Shown piece after piece: positions 1-8,156 of a stretch of 64,000 bases of DNA. Position 1 is the first letter of the stretch; every line of letters begins with the position of its first letter. The stretch spans positions 1-64,000 of IMG/VR virus record IMGVR_UViG_3300047557_001498; one strand, 5' to 3'. A program made the position numbers and the translations under genes. The DNA is from a virus. The notes beneath the pieces are model-generated. The model made no database searches and had not been told where the DNA came from. It saw only the letters and a list, made by a program, of their open reading frames with translations.

Positions 1-2
1 TT

Positions 3-83
3 GAGTATTGGAAAGGTGGTCAAGCATCGGATGATGAAGGTGGTTTATCATTTGATGTATACCACAATGGTAAGGATGAATAA
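3..83 (+). CDS. 3' end of a gene truncated by the window edge
   Basis: Open frame EYWKGGQASDDEGGLSFDVYHNGKDE ending in TAA at 81-83. Confidence 0.5.
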   Translation, partial: EYWKGGQASDDEGGLSFDVYHNGKDE

Positions 84-296
84 TTATTTTACATACCGTT
101 TAGAAAATTAGAGTTAGGCATTGGTATCTGGTAGTTCTTATACAAATGCACTATGCGTCTCAGGTGGTTTTAATAACTTTCCACCAGCGGTGTCAAAAAA
201 TAAAAGTTTTCATAATAGTTGGGCGTGTGTGAAAATCTAACTAATGAGTAGCCCGCCCGAACTTTATGTATTTTTTACATACCGAAAGGATTTGAT

Positions 297-488
297 ATGA
301 GTAAGTTAGTTGGCTATAACGGGTTCCTAGCAGTCATTGAAACAAACGATGATGATACAGACTTGGACATTATGAATAAGTTTGTTGAGATTGCTAAGAA
401 CAATTCCATTGAAGATGTTTCCGAAATGAAGTTGGAGGACATTACCATCGAGGACTGTGAGGTAATGCCAACTAACAATGATGAATAG
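297..488 (+). CDS. small acidic hypothetical protein
   Basis: 63-aa ORF with AAAGGA Shine-Dalgarno (SD) upstream. Confidence 0.75.
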   Translation: MSKLVGYNGFLAVIETNDDDTDLDIMNKFVEIAKNNSIEDVSEMKLEDITIEDCEVMPTNNDE

Positions 489-524
489 TGCTTTGATCTT
501 TCAGAATAATTACTTATATTTGTA
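489..524 (+). promoter_or_regulatory. Bacteroidota-type sigma70 promoter for tRNA-Leu and downstream genes
   Basis: TGCTTTGATCT with TTTG at 492-495, 19-nt spacer, TATATTTG at 515-522; fits the -33 TTTG / -7 TAnnTTTG consensus. Confidence 0.85.
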
Positions 525-540
525 TATCAAAATTGAACAA

Positions 541-622
541 GCGGATATGGTGAAATTGGCAGTCACGCCAGATTTAGAATCTGGTGGGGAAACCCGTGGG
601 AGTTCGAGTCTCTCTATCCGCA
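541..622 (+). tRNA. trnL: tRNA-Leu (anticodon TAG)
   Basis: Acceptor GCGGATA/TATCCGC, anticodon arm CCAGA-TTTAGAA-TCTGG, long variable arm, TTCGAGT T-loop, discriminator A; CCA not encoded. Confidence 0.95.
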
Positions 623-661
623 CAAGTAACCATTAACTATTAACCATTAAGGACTAACGCC

Positions 662-1012
662 ATGTTGAAAAAATTCCTCGCCTCTATCCTCGCCCCTATT
701 ATTGCAGAAGAACTGCAGAACACAATCGTAAGAATGGAAGACATTGAACGCGGTATCAATTCATCCCTTGCAGATATAAAGGATGAAATGGATGATATTC
801 GCCGTAGTGTAGATGATATTGATCCATACACTATCGGTAGTAACATTGCAGAATATGTTGATATTGACACAAGACAAATTGCTCGTGACATTGCTGACAA
901 TATGGATGATGCCAATTCTGATAATTGGGATGACTTATGGTCATCGTTTACCAAGTTAGAACAAAAGATGGATAGTTTGGTATTGTTGTTAGGCAATCAA
1001 AACAATCAATAA
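662..1012 (+). CDS. acidic coiled-coil hypothetical protein
   Basis: 116-aa ORF, TAAGGA SD. Confidence 0.75.
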   Translation: MLKKFLASILAPIIAEELQNTIVRMEDIERGINSSLADIKDEMDDIRRSVDDIDPYTIGSNIAEYVDIDTRQIARDIADNMDDANSDNWDDLWSSFTKLEQKMDSLVLLLGNQNNQ

Positions 1013-1043
1013 TTTTATTTTAGATACCGAAGGAAACATAACC

Positions 1044-1301
1044 GTGAACAGAACTATAAAGGATTTCATTACGAATAACTCTATGCATCTGCTTCTCGGT
1101 TATGATGTCCCCGGTTCCTTGGCAGACCGTTATGTTTCCTACATGGGAAAGAACTACGAGAAGATGGCGGACAGAAAAAGACAGAACACGATAAACTATT
1201 TCAATGATGATGGTGAACATATTGCAACCATTGTTCGTGATAGTCAAGGTATTTTCAAAATGTATTTCGATGATATTACAATAATTCAAATTGAGGAATA
1301 A
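1044..1301 (+). CDS. hypothetical protein
   Basis: GTG start with AAGGA SD. Confidence 0.7.
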   Translation: MNRTIKDFITNNSMHLLLGYDVPGSLADRYVSYMGKNYEKMADRKRQNTINYFNDDGEHIATIVRDSQGIFKMYFDDITIIQIEE

Positions 1302-1306
1302 CAACC

Positions 1307-1846
1307 ATGGGTCAATACTATAAGGCCATAATACTTGAAGATAAGGAAACATACGATGCACCAGAAATTATCGCCGGTTGTTTGGAGCCTTGGACATACA
1401 ATAACGGTGCAAAGTTGATGGAACATTCTTGGATTGGTAATGATTTTGTTGAGAGAGTAGAGGCAAAACTTATCAATCAATATGATGGTAGAAGAATAGT
1501 CTGGGCTGGTGACTATGCAGACTACGAGCGAAATACGGAAGCAAACCTGTATATGATGACAACGGAATTTCATAACTACCATATTGCGAAACCTACACAA
1601 ACATTTCGGTATATCATTAACCATACCAGGAAACAGTATGTTGATAAGGAAAGAGTTTTGCCGAATGAAGATGGTTGGAAGATACACCCATTGCCACTAC
1701 TTACCTGTGAAGGAAACGGCAGAGGCGGTGGAGACTACGGCGGAAACGATAAGAATTTAGTTGGTCTTTGGGCAAGAAATAGAATATCAGTTTCAAATGA
1801 TATACCAGACGGTTATGAAGAATTACTTTTTACATTACACGAATAA
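1307..1846 (+). CDS. conserved phage hypothetical protein
   Basis: Motifs GAKLMEHSW, RIVWAGDYAD, HPLPLLTCEGNGRGGGDY; GAGGA SD. Confidence 0.8.
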   Translation: MGQYYKAIILEDKETYDAPEIIAGCLEPWTYNNGAKLMEHSWIGNDFVERVEAKLINQYDGRRIVWAGDYADYERNTEANLYMMTTEFHNYHIAKPTQTFRYIINHTRKQYVDKERVLPNEDGWKIHPLPLLTCEGNGRGGGDYGGNDKNLVGLWARNRISVSNDIPDGYEELLFTLHE

Positions 1847-1858
1847 AGGATAACAACC

Positions 1859-2383
1859 ATGAGTGACAAACAAACATTTGAAATTAGTGTAGACATCAGT
1901 TGGGATGGCGGTGAAACCACCGAAAGAGTTATCATTGATGACGCAACCTATAATCACGATGACATTATATCAGCTGCATTTGATGCAGCCGAAGATGTTG
2001 GTGTATTTGAAAACTTTGAAGATATAACACAAGAAGATTGTGATTTTGAAATTCATATAGACGATGGTGATTTAGAAGATCTTGGTATAACCAATTCAGA
2101 TGAACTGTATGAGTTTTGTGATATATTTTATACCAATGACAATTACTACGATATAGATGTGTTCAAAGCAGCGTATGATGCGAATATCCCGTTTGAGTCT
2201 ATTGAAGATTCTTATGCTGGTCAATGGGATGATGACGAAGATTTCGTTCAAACCTTATTAGAAGATACCGGAGACTTGCCGAGAGATTTACCACATTATA
2301 TTTGCATTGATTGGGAAAGAACGGCAGAAGCTATTATGATGGACTATACGGAAAGTGACGGACACTATTTCAGAAATAATTAA
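1859..2383 (+). CDS. ardA: ArdA-like antirestriction protein (acidic DNA mimic)
   Basis: Very acidic; C-terminal YAGQWDDDEDF..LLED.G...IDWERTA..IMMDY.E.DGHYF resembles the ArdA C-terminus. Confidence 0.7.
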   Translation: MSDKQTFEISVDISWDGGETTERVIIDDATYNHDDIISAAFDAAEDVGVFENFEDITQEDCDFEIHIDDGDLEDLGITNSDELYEFCDIFYTNDNYYDIDVFKAAYDANIPFESIEDSYAGQWDDDEDFVQTLLEDTGDLPRDLPHYICIDWERTAEAIMMDYTESDGHYFRNN

Positions 2384-2392
2384 GAAACGGTT

Positions 2393-2502
2393 AGTTAGGT
2401 GGCGTAATTGGTTAAACGCATGGACAGTAGGGTGAGATAGAATCAACCCCAGCTTATGAAAGTGGCTCCCAAACTTTGCAGGTTCAAGTCCTGCCCTAAC
2501 TA
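2393..2502 (+). ncRNA. tRNA-like RNA with an expanded, non-canonical anticodon region
   Basis: Acceptor AGTTAGG/CCTAACT, D-arm GCGT/ACGC and T-arm GCAGG-TTCAAGT-CCTGC are intact; 58 nt lie between the D and T arms with no canonical anticodon arm. Confidence 0.75.
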
Positions 2503-2589
2503 CACTTTCGGTGATGTTGAAGCTGATAGTATCGGCATCAAACCGATGACGGCTCGGAAAGACGAGCAAATTTATTTTAAGGTTATACT

Positions 2590-3345
2590 ATGAATGAAAC
2601 AATAGACATTACGGTTGAAGATGCTAGATACTTGATAGAATATGCAGTTGATGCTGACATGGTAGAATACTATGAACAAACAGTTTTTGGCGGTATTGAT
2701 AATCTAGAATGGAATGCAAAACAATTATTACAGTTTCTTTCGGAATACTATCCTGATAACAAGTATAGAATAGTAGATGTTGATTCATACTTGGAAGAAG
2801 AAGATGAAATAATAATTGATTCAAACTTAACATTTGATCAGGCATTAGAAAATACACGGGCACCGAAAAATGTAATAGAATCTCTTGTGTTGTTAGATAT
2901 AGAGTATATTTCATTAGACAATAAAATACACCGTGGACAAATCATGGTAAACAAATCAGTTGAAAATGAGGTTAAACAATTTTTCAAACTTCTACTACAA
3001 GATAAGTTTATCATAGAAAAAATGATACCAACAACAAAATATGATTGGGATGATGATAAATCAATGGAAGATAATAACACATCAGGATTCAATTATAGAT
3101 TTATAGCAAACTCAAATAAGTTATCAAACCATGCCTTAGGAAAGGCGATAGATGTGAACCCGAAATGGAACCCGGTAATATATTCAAACGGTAAAGTATT
3201 GCCAAAAGGTGGAACAAGAGATAAAGGAAGGCCTGGAACTTTTCAAAAAAATTCTCGTGGTGTTACCTATCTGATTTCAAAAAATTGGAATTGGGGTGGG
3301 GAATACAAATCGTTTAAGGACTGGCATCATTTCGATAAAGATTAA
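2590..3345 (+). CDS. M15-family zinc peptidase (peptidoglycan hydrolase)
   Basis: SGFNYR, SNHALGKAID (H-x6-D) and WGGEY..KDWHHF motifs. Confidence 0.85.
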   Translation: MNETIDITVEDARYLIEYAVDADMVEYYEQTVFGGIDNLEWNAKQLLQFLSEYYPDNKYRIVDVDSYLEEEDEIIIDSNLTFDQALENTRAPKNVIESLVLLDIEYISLDNKIHRGQIMVNKSVENEVKQFFKLLLQDKFIIEKMIPTTKYDWDDDKSMEDNNTSGFNYRFIANSNKLSNHALGKAIDVNPKWNPVIYSNGKVLPKGGTRDKGRPGTFQKNSRGVTYLISKNWNWGGEYKSFKDWHHFDKD

Positions 3346-3349
3346 AAAA

Positions 3350-3385
3350 TGCTTTGATCTCAAAAGAAAATGAACTATATTTGTA
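3350..3385 (+). promoter_or_regulatory. Bacteroidota-type promoter
   Basis: TGCTTTGATCT, 19-nt spacer after TTTG, TATATTTGTA. Confidence 0.85.
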
Positions 3386-3504
3386 TATTGATAATTTACA
3401 TTCGGTGCACCCATAAAATTATCACACATTTTTATTCACGCTGTTTTTTCCAAAACATAAATTAACATACGGAAAAAACGCACAAACACAAGGAGAAAAA
3501 CCTT

Positions 3505-4746
3505 ATGACAAGTTTTACTAAAAACAAATCCCTAACTGATTTTTCGGAAGAACAATCACATGGAAACTTGATCCGTAGTTTAAACATAAACTATGGAAAT
3601 GCAATGGGCTACGATTTAGGTAGCATGAGTATTGGTGATTTGAAAGTTTCACAATCACAGGTTGGTGTTCAAAGAAGGAGACAACGAAAATATCTTTTCA
3701 ATGATGTTAAAGGTGGCCCTGGACATCCTTGGCAAAGAAATCTTTTTGCTAGTTTATTGGTTGGCAATCCAATCGGTATCTTCGAGGCAACTCTTATAGG
3801 TCAAGACAAATCAAACCAAAATGAAGAAAGAATGCTAATAGAAGATGGACAACAAAGATACTACACAACCATGGCTATTTTGGATAACAAAATAAAACTA
3901 CCAAATAACATGAGAGAGTATGGTAAACAATATGAACAATATGAAAATAAATTATTCAGAGATTTGCACCCAAATTTACGTGATCAGATTTTTTCAACTG
4001 AATTTATATTTTCAGTTTCTCGTTTGAAATCCGAATCAGAACGATATAAGAGATTCATAGATATAAACAAATCAAATAAACTATCAGACCAAGATAAACG
4101 GTCCGGGCAACCAAGTTCGGGTGCAGAGTATATCCAATATATTGTTGATGGTAATAATAAAATAGAATATGGTTCATATAAAGGTTCCACAACTCCACCG
4201 TATGATATGTTTTTACTATCATCTGCAGGTGATAAAATTGAACACACCTACATAGAACCAAAACCAAATGGAAGAACAGCCGAAGAGATTGTTGCAAACT
4301 GGTATTCATACTACTTATACAATGGAACGGCCGATATGAATACCGATTGTCTCAATAGAATGTATAAACAGTTTATTGACGAACCAGATACTATAACTGA
4401 AAGTGATAAACATAATTTTGAAAACTATCTATCACTCATAAACAAAATGGTGGTCAAGTATAATTCACGAAAAAAATTAACTAAAAAACCTCTTGACTAC
4501 TTGTTTCCAGTTGTTAAGAAAATGATGGATTCCGGAAAGAACATCAATACTGATGTATTTATGAAATACTATATCAAGGCGATTGATGATTTGAGAAATG
4601 AGAATCCAGTTTATACACCACAAAATAATCCGAAACAAAAACAACAAATGTTCGACTATGTATTCCGTCAGATGAATAACAGAGATGCAATACAATATGT
4701 GGTGGAACAAATCTATAATAAGATGTGTAAAAGTATGTCTCTCTAA
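3505..4746 (+). CDS. DUF262 (GmrS/ParB-like) domain protein
   Basis: IEDGQQR and F.DIN..KLS motifs; has its own promoter and terminator. Confidence 0.75.
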   Translation: MTSFTKNKSLTDFSEEQSHGNLIRSLNINYGNAMGYDLGSMSIGDLKVSQSQVGVQRRRQRKYLFNDVKGGPGHPWQRNLFASLLVGNPIGIFEATLIGQDKSNQNEERMLIEDGQQRYYTTMAILDNKIKLPNNMREYGKQYEQYENKLFRDLHPNLRDQIFSTEFIFSVSRLKSESERYKRFIDINKSNKLSDQDKRSGQPSSGAEYIQYIVDGNNKIEYGSYKGSTTPPYDMFLLSSAGDKIEHTYIEPKPNGRTAEEIVANWYSYYLYNGTADMNTDCLNRMYKQFIDEPDTITESDKHNFENYLSLINKMVVKYNSRKKLTKKPLDYLFPVVKKMMDSGKNINTDVFMKYYIKAIDDLRNENPVYTPQNNPKQKQQMFDYVFRQMNNRDAIQYVVEQIYNKMCKSMSL

Positions 4747-4777
4747 TCCGTGTATGACAAAATGACAGACACAAACT

Positions 4778-4810
4778 GGGGTAGTTTCGTTAGAAACTAC
4801 CCCTTTTTTT
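4778..4810 (+). terminator. intrinsic terminator
   Basis: GGGGTAGTTTC-GTTA-GAAACTACCCC followed by T7. Confidence 0.9.
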
Positions 4811-4819
4811 ATATCATTG

Positions 4820-4870
4820 TAACTCCTTGAAAATAAAGGACTTACTAACTCCTTACAAATCAAAGACTTA
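4820..4870. repeat. two tandem 25-bp imperfect palindromes (TAAC...TT-N7-AA...CTTA)
   Basis: 4820-4844 and 4846-4870; related copies at 5073-5097, 5133-5157, 13352-13376 and 13387-13411. Confidence 0.8.
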
Positions 4871-4883
4871 CATAACCATCCTT

Positions 4884-4902
4884 ATTTAGATTCAGTCTAA
4901 AT
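4884..4902. promoter_or_regulatory. 7-5-7 palindromic operator, Fur-box-like
   Basis: ATTTAGA-TTCAG-TCTAAAT, 24 nt upstream of the TGCTTTG promoter box. Confidence 0.55.
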
Positions 4903-4926
4903 ATAAATTTAATTCCCATAAAATAA

Positions 4927-4962
4927 TGCTTTGATCTTTCATGCCGACGCCTTATATTTGTA
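4927..4962 (+). promoter_or_regulatory. Bacteroidota-type promoter (cassette repeat 1)
   Basis: TTTG-N19-TATATTTG. Confidence 0.85.
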
Positions 4963-4983
4963 TTGTAAGTTAAGGTGAATAAT

Positions 4984-5199
4984 ATGAAACAATGTATGAA
5001 ATTCTTTCCGTTGGCAATAACAGTAGGCGTCTTGGTGCTTCTCGGTCTAGGTTACCAGAAACACGAATTGCCTAACTTGTTGAATCTCAACGACTTAAAC
5101 AAAAAACTCCGTGTCCTCCAAACTACTTCTCGTAAGTCATTGGTAGATAATGAGTTAGCAGAACAGTTAGTAGAACAAAAAAATTATTCGTCAAAGTAA
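4984..5199 (+). CDS. small membrane-anchored hypothetical protein
   Basis: ATG after promoter and AAGGTG; hydrophobic N-terminus; overlaps two 25-bp palindromes. Confidence 0.45.
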   Translation: MKQCMKFFPLAITVGVLVLLGLGYQKHELPNLLNLNDLNKKLRVLQTTSRKSLVDNELAEQLVEQKNYSSK

Positions 5200-5204
5200 A
5201 ATAA

Positions 5205-5240
5205 TGCTTTGATCTTACAAAAAAAGTTCGTATATTTGTA
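5205..5240 (+). promoter_or_regulatory. Bacteroidota-type promoter (cassette repeat 2)
   Basis: TTTG-N19-TATATTTG. Confidence 0.85.
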
Positions 5241-5272
5241 ATGTAAGTTAAGAACAACCAAAGGAAACAACC

Positions 5273-5497
5273 ATGTTATTCTCGAAAACACTAACCGATA
5301 AACTATCAGATGCTTGGTCTGACTATTCAAAGATCATCCGTGAAAGAGAAACCCGCGTCAATCCAATGACATTAGAGGAATCAATGGACTATATGAACCG
5401 CAAGGAATCAGTCTTGTATCGTATTGCTCTGTTGTCCGAAGCCGTGGACATAGTAAAAAATGGTGCAGGTATTCCATCTTCAAAAATAATGCTTTGA
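5273..5497 (+). CDS. hypothetical protein
   Basis: AAGGAAACAACC-ATG start context. Confidence 0.75.
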   Translation: MLFSKTLTDKLSDAWSDYSKIIRERETRVNPMTLEESMDYMNRKESVLYRIALLSEAVDIVKNGAGIPSSKIML

Positions 5498-5525
5498 TCT
5501 TATCTGAAAATTCCGTATATTTGTA
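5490..5525 (+). promoter_or_regulatory. Bacteroidota-type promoter (cassette repeat 3)
   Basis: TTTG-N19-TATATTTG. Confidence 0.85.
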
Positions 5526-5545
5526 AAGTAAGTTAAGGACACAAA

Positions 5546-5668
5546 ATGAAACGCTTAAAACACATTCTCAAAGAGACTGTAATCATTACCGGTATCATCC
5601 TGTTTGTTCTCATTGCATCCAGTATTGATAGTATTCTCGATCTTGCTATGAATCATTTTTGTAAATAA
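5546..5668 (+). CDS. 40-aa membrane peptide (not in ORF track)
   Basis: TAAGGA SD; MKRLKHILKETVIITGIILFVLIASSIDSILDLAMNHFCK. Confidence 0.6.
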   Translation: MKRLKHILKETVIITGIILFVLIASSIDSILDLAMNHFCK

Positions 5669-5684
5669 CCACAAGGAAACAACC

Positions 5685-5891
5685 ATGAATAACCCAAATC
5701 ACATTCGCGAATATGTAGTCACCGTTTCTGGTGTTTACAACAACAAAGTAGTTTCAATTCCAGAACGCAGGATTCATGCCTATGATTGGCAAGAAGCCAG
5801 TGACATTGCAAACGCTTCGTTTCAACAAATCTTCGGTGTAGAAAATTCGATCACATCTAGTATCTATATCAATACATTCAACAAACAATAA
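5685..5891 (+). CDS. hypothetical protein
   Basis: AAGGAAACAACC-ATG. Confidence 0.75.
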   Translation: MNNPNHIREYVVTVSGVYNNKVVSIPERRIHAYDWQEASDIANASFQQIFGVENSITSSIYINTFNKQ

Positions 5892-5903
5892 GGAACAACA
5901 ACC

Positions 5904-6074
5904 ATGAGCACCATTGATGCAGTTATGAATATCGAATGCAACCCAGAATGTAGTGAAGAATTGTATATCCAATCATTTCAGTCACTAATTGATAGTGGCG
6001 ATGTTTGGGGATTGCAAGGCTGGTATGGTAGAATTGCAATGACATTGATTGATGCTGGTCTTTGCACACGATAA
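5904..6074 (+). CDS. 56-aa conserved phage protein (not in ORF track)
   Basis: AAGGAACAACAACC-ATG; FQSLIDSG.VW.LQGWYGR.A..LI.AG motif. Confidence 0.75.
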   Translation: MSTIDAVMNIECNPECSEELYIQSFQSLIDSGDVWGLQGWYGRIAMTLIDAGLCTR

Positions 6075-6099
6075 ACAATAAACTATAAGGATAACAACC

Positions 6100-6342
6100 A
6101 TGATAATGACATATAAAATGAGAGCCGAAGGCGTCAATGATGTTTTTGAATTTGTGAGAGCGATGGGTAAGAATATCAAAGAATACCGCATCATTGGTAA
6201 TACTATCATTCCAGATGTTGAATTTGAATTTGAAACCAAAAAAAGTTTACATATTGTCTTGAACACTTTGCGTGGAATTCCAGACAGCCATGTAATGATT
6301 GAAACAGTCAAACCAATTTCAGACTATACAGGAGTTAGATGA
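6100..6342 (+). CDS. hypothetical protein
   Basis: AAGGATAACAACC-ATG. Confidence 0.75.
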   Translation: MIMTYKMRAEGVNDVFEFVRAMGKNIKEYRIIGNTIIPDVEFEFETKKSLHIVLNTLRGIPDSHVMIETVKPISDYTGVR

Positions 6343-6566
6343 TGGGAATGGATAGACATATCTGGGAAGGATGGACCGTAAGAGCATACATAGAGGATCT
6401 TGAACCAATCTTCAATATGATTATGATGGGTCGCTCTTGGCAAAGACCATTTCAAACCAAAGAAGAACTTGCACAATGGTGCAAAGACAATCAACCTGGA
6501 TATAAGAAACATATTCCAGAAGTAGTGACATATTTTTGGCAACAAATTAAATCAAGGAAATACTAA
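6339..6566 (+). CDS. hypothetical protein
   Basis: AGGAG SD; coupled to neighbouring genes. Confidence 0.75.
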   Translation: MMGMDRHIWEGWTVRAYIEDLEPIFNMIMMGRSWQRPFQTKEELAQWCKDNQPGYKKHIPEVVTYFWQQIKSRKY

Positions 6567-6856
6567 TGAAAACGCTTCAACAAATCAAGACCGCAATGGC
6601 AAAATGTTCAACAGAAGAACTTTTTGAATTGAATGAGTTTATCAAATATCAAGTGGCTCTTAACGGTAGAGAGACACGAAGTAAACTGAAAACCGGAACA
6701 ATCTGTAAATGTTCCAAGAGACCTGGAAGGTATTTCATGGTCACTAAGATCAATCCAAAGTATGTTGTCTGTGAAGAAGTGGATGCAAAAGGCAAACCAA
6801 AGGGTTTTGTCAAGTATAACATTATGCCGTCTATTTTAGAACCAATCAAGAAATAA
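6566..6856 (+). CDS. basic hypothetical protein
   Basis: Overlapping stop/start (TAATG). Confidence 0.75.
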   Translation: MKTLQQIKTAMAKCSTEELFELNEFIKYQVALNGRETRSKLKTGTICKCSKRPGRYFMVTKINPKYVVCEEVDAKGKPKGFVKYNIMPSILEPIKK

Positions 6857-6866
6857 GGAAACCAAT

Positions 6867-7226
6867 ATGAATACAACAACACAAACACCCAGTCTGGTAT
6901 CTGCTATTGGGTTTTTAGTAAACCATAGACTGCCAGAACTTGATACGAACAAAACATGGCACTATTCAGTCCAATACGGAAACAAGTATGCTAAGATTAT
7001 TTCAGAAACTAACCGTGGTCCTGCCGGCGGAACAAAGTCTGTTTGGGGTTTTGTTGCCCTAAAAGACATGAATGTAGGTGGCATACAATACAAACGAGGA
7101 GACTTGCTCAAAGCTGCATCATACAAGGCACCTGCAAAACACGCTCGTGGTAATCTGTTAGAAGGAACAGCCGAATACGATCTATACGGACCCGCATACC
7201 TAAACAACCCGAGGTCATCATGGTAA
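6867..7226 (+). CDS. conserved phage hypothetical protein
   Basis: KYAKII..SVWGFV..GDLLKAASYKAPAKHARGN motif seen in large myoviruses. Confidence 0.8.
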   Translation: MNTTTQTPSLVSAIGFLVNHRLPELDTNKTWHYSVQYGNKYAKIISETNRGPAGGTKSVWGFVALKDMNVGGIQYKRGDLLKAASYKAPAKHARGNLLEGTAEYDLYGPAYLNNPRSSW

Positions 7227-7456
7227 GGAAACCACATATTCGAGATAAAAGGTCACACCATGTAAAGCGTGGAACCAAATTCCAATGGTATTGCCCAAGT
7301 AGGGGCAAGTGGATTGATTGTACCGTGACCGGCACAAATCGTTCTTGGGTGCGGTATATTGAGAATCATCGAACCGGTGAAGCGTTCAACGGTGAATTTA
7401 ATTTTACCCGCAGAGACTTTAATGAATTTACGAATATCAAAATTATTCAATGGTGA
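7220..7456 (+). CDS. hypothetical protein
   Basis: GAGG SD; within operon. Confidence 0.65.
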   Translation: MVRKPHIRDKRSHHVKRGTKFQWYCPSRGKWIDCTVTGTNRSWVRYIENHRTGEAFNGEFNFTRRDFNEFTNIKIIQW

Positions 7457-7459
7457 ACC

Positions 7460-7705
7460 ATGTTTTTAGAAGATGACCACGCATACGAACTTGCAACAGA
7501 CTTGTTGGTAAAGTATCACAATGCTAGTGAAACCTATGTTGCATTGAAGGATATTCTGAAACACGAAGAACCCGATACGGAAAGGTATGAACTTATCCGT
7601 AGGGAATACCTAAAGGCAGCTGAATACGCAAAGATAAGACATACACACGCGATGATTATATCATGTGACATTATACAATCTATACAAGAATACCGTTGGA
7701 ATTAA
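7460..7705 (+). CDS. hypothetical protein
   Basis: Within operon. Confidence 0.65.
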   Translation: MFLEDDHAYELATDLLVKYHNASETYVALKDILKHEEPDTERYELIRREYLKAAEYAKIRHTHAMIISCDIIQSIQEYRWN

Positions 7706-7730
7706 ACATTAACAATTAAGGAATAAAACT

Positions 7731-8156
7731 ATGTCTATGCCGCATCCGTCACAAATTGATTGGCAAGAAATTGAGAAGAAGATGAATAAACCAAAGACAA
7801 CGCCTGCTCACAGTAATGGTGAAGAATGGCGAGAAGGTTATACAAAGATTGAACATCCCGAATGGGGAACTGCATTTGTCCGTAGGATAGAGAGGTCAGA
7901 TGCAATCAAACTATTGCGTGATTGGACTTGGGATAATTACGATAGCTATAACGAATCTGCATACGATATACTGGAATGGTGCATTGATATGTTAGAATCT
8001 GGTATCAAGGGTTGGAAAGATTGGACAAGTGAAGAACTTGCTGAGGAACTGAATAGAATGAACACCGATGCAGATTGGCTCTATGAAAATGAAGAAGATG
8101 AAAACGGTGAGGAATGTCCAGTCATTTATGAAGTTATTGATGGAGTGAAAGGATGA
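7731..8156 (+). CDS. acidic hypothetical protein
   Basis: TAAGGA SD. Confidence 0.75.
   Translation: MSMPHPSQIDWQEIEKKMNKPKTTPAHSNGEEWREGYTKIEHPEWGTAFVRRIERSDAIKLLRDWTWDNYDSYNESAYDILEWCIDMLESGIKGWKDWTSEELAEELNRMNTDADWLYENEEDENGEECPVIYEVIDGVKG

Noticed and set aside
4820-5157. CRISPR array from the 25-bp repeats
   Set aside because: Copies are degenerate, spacing is irregular (1, 202 and 35 nt), and there is no leader or cas operon.
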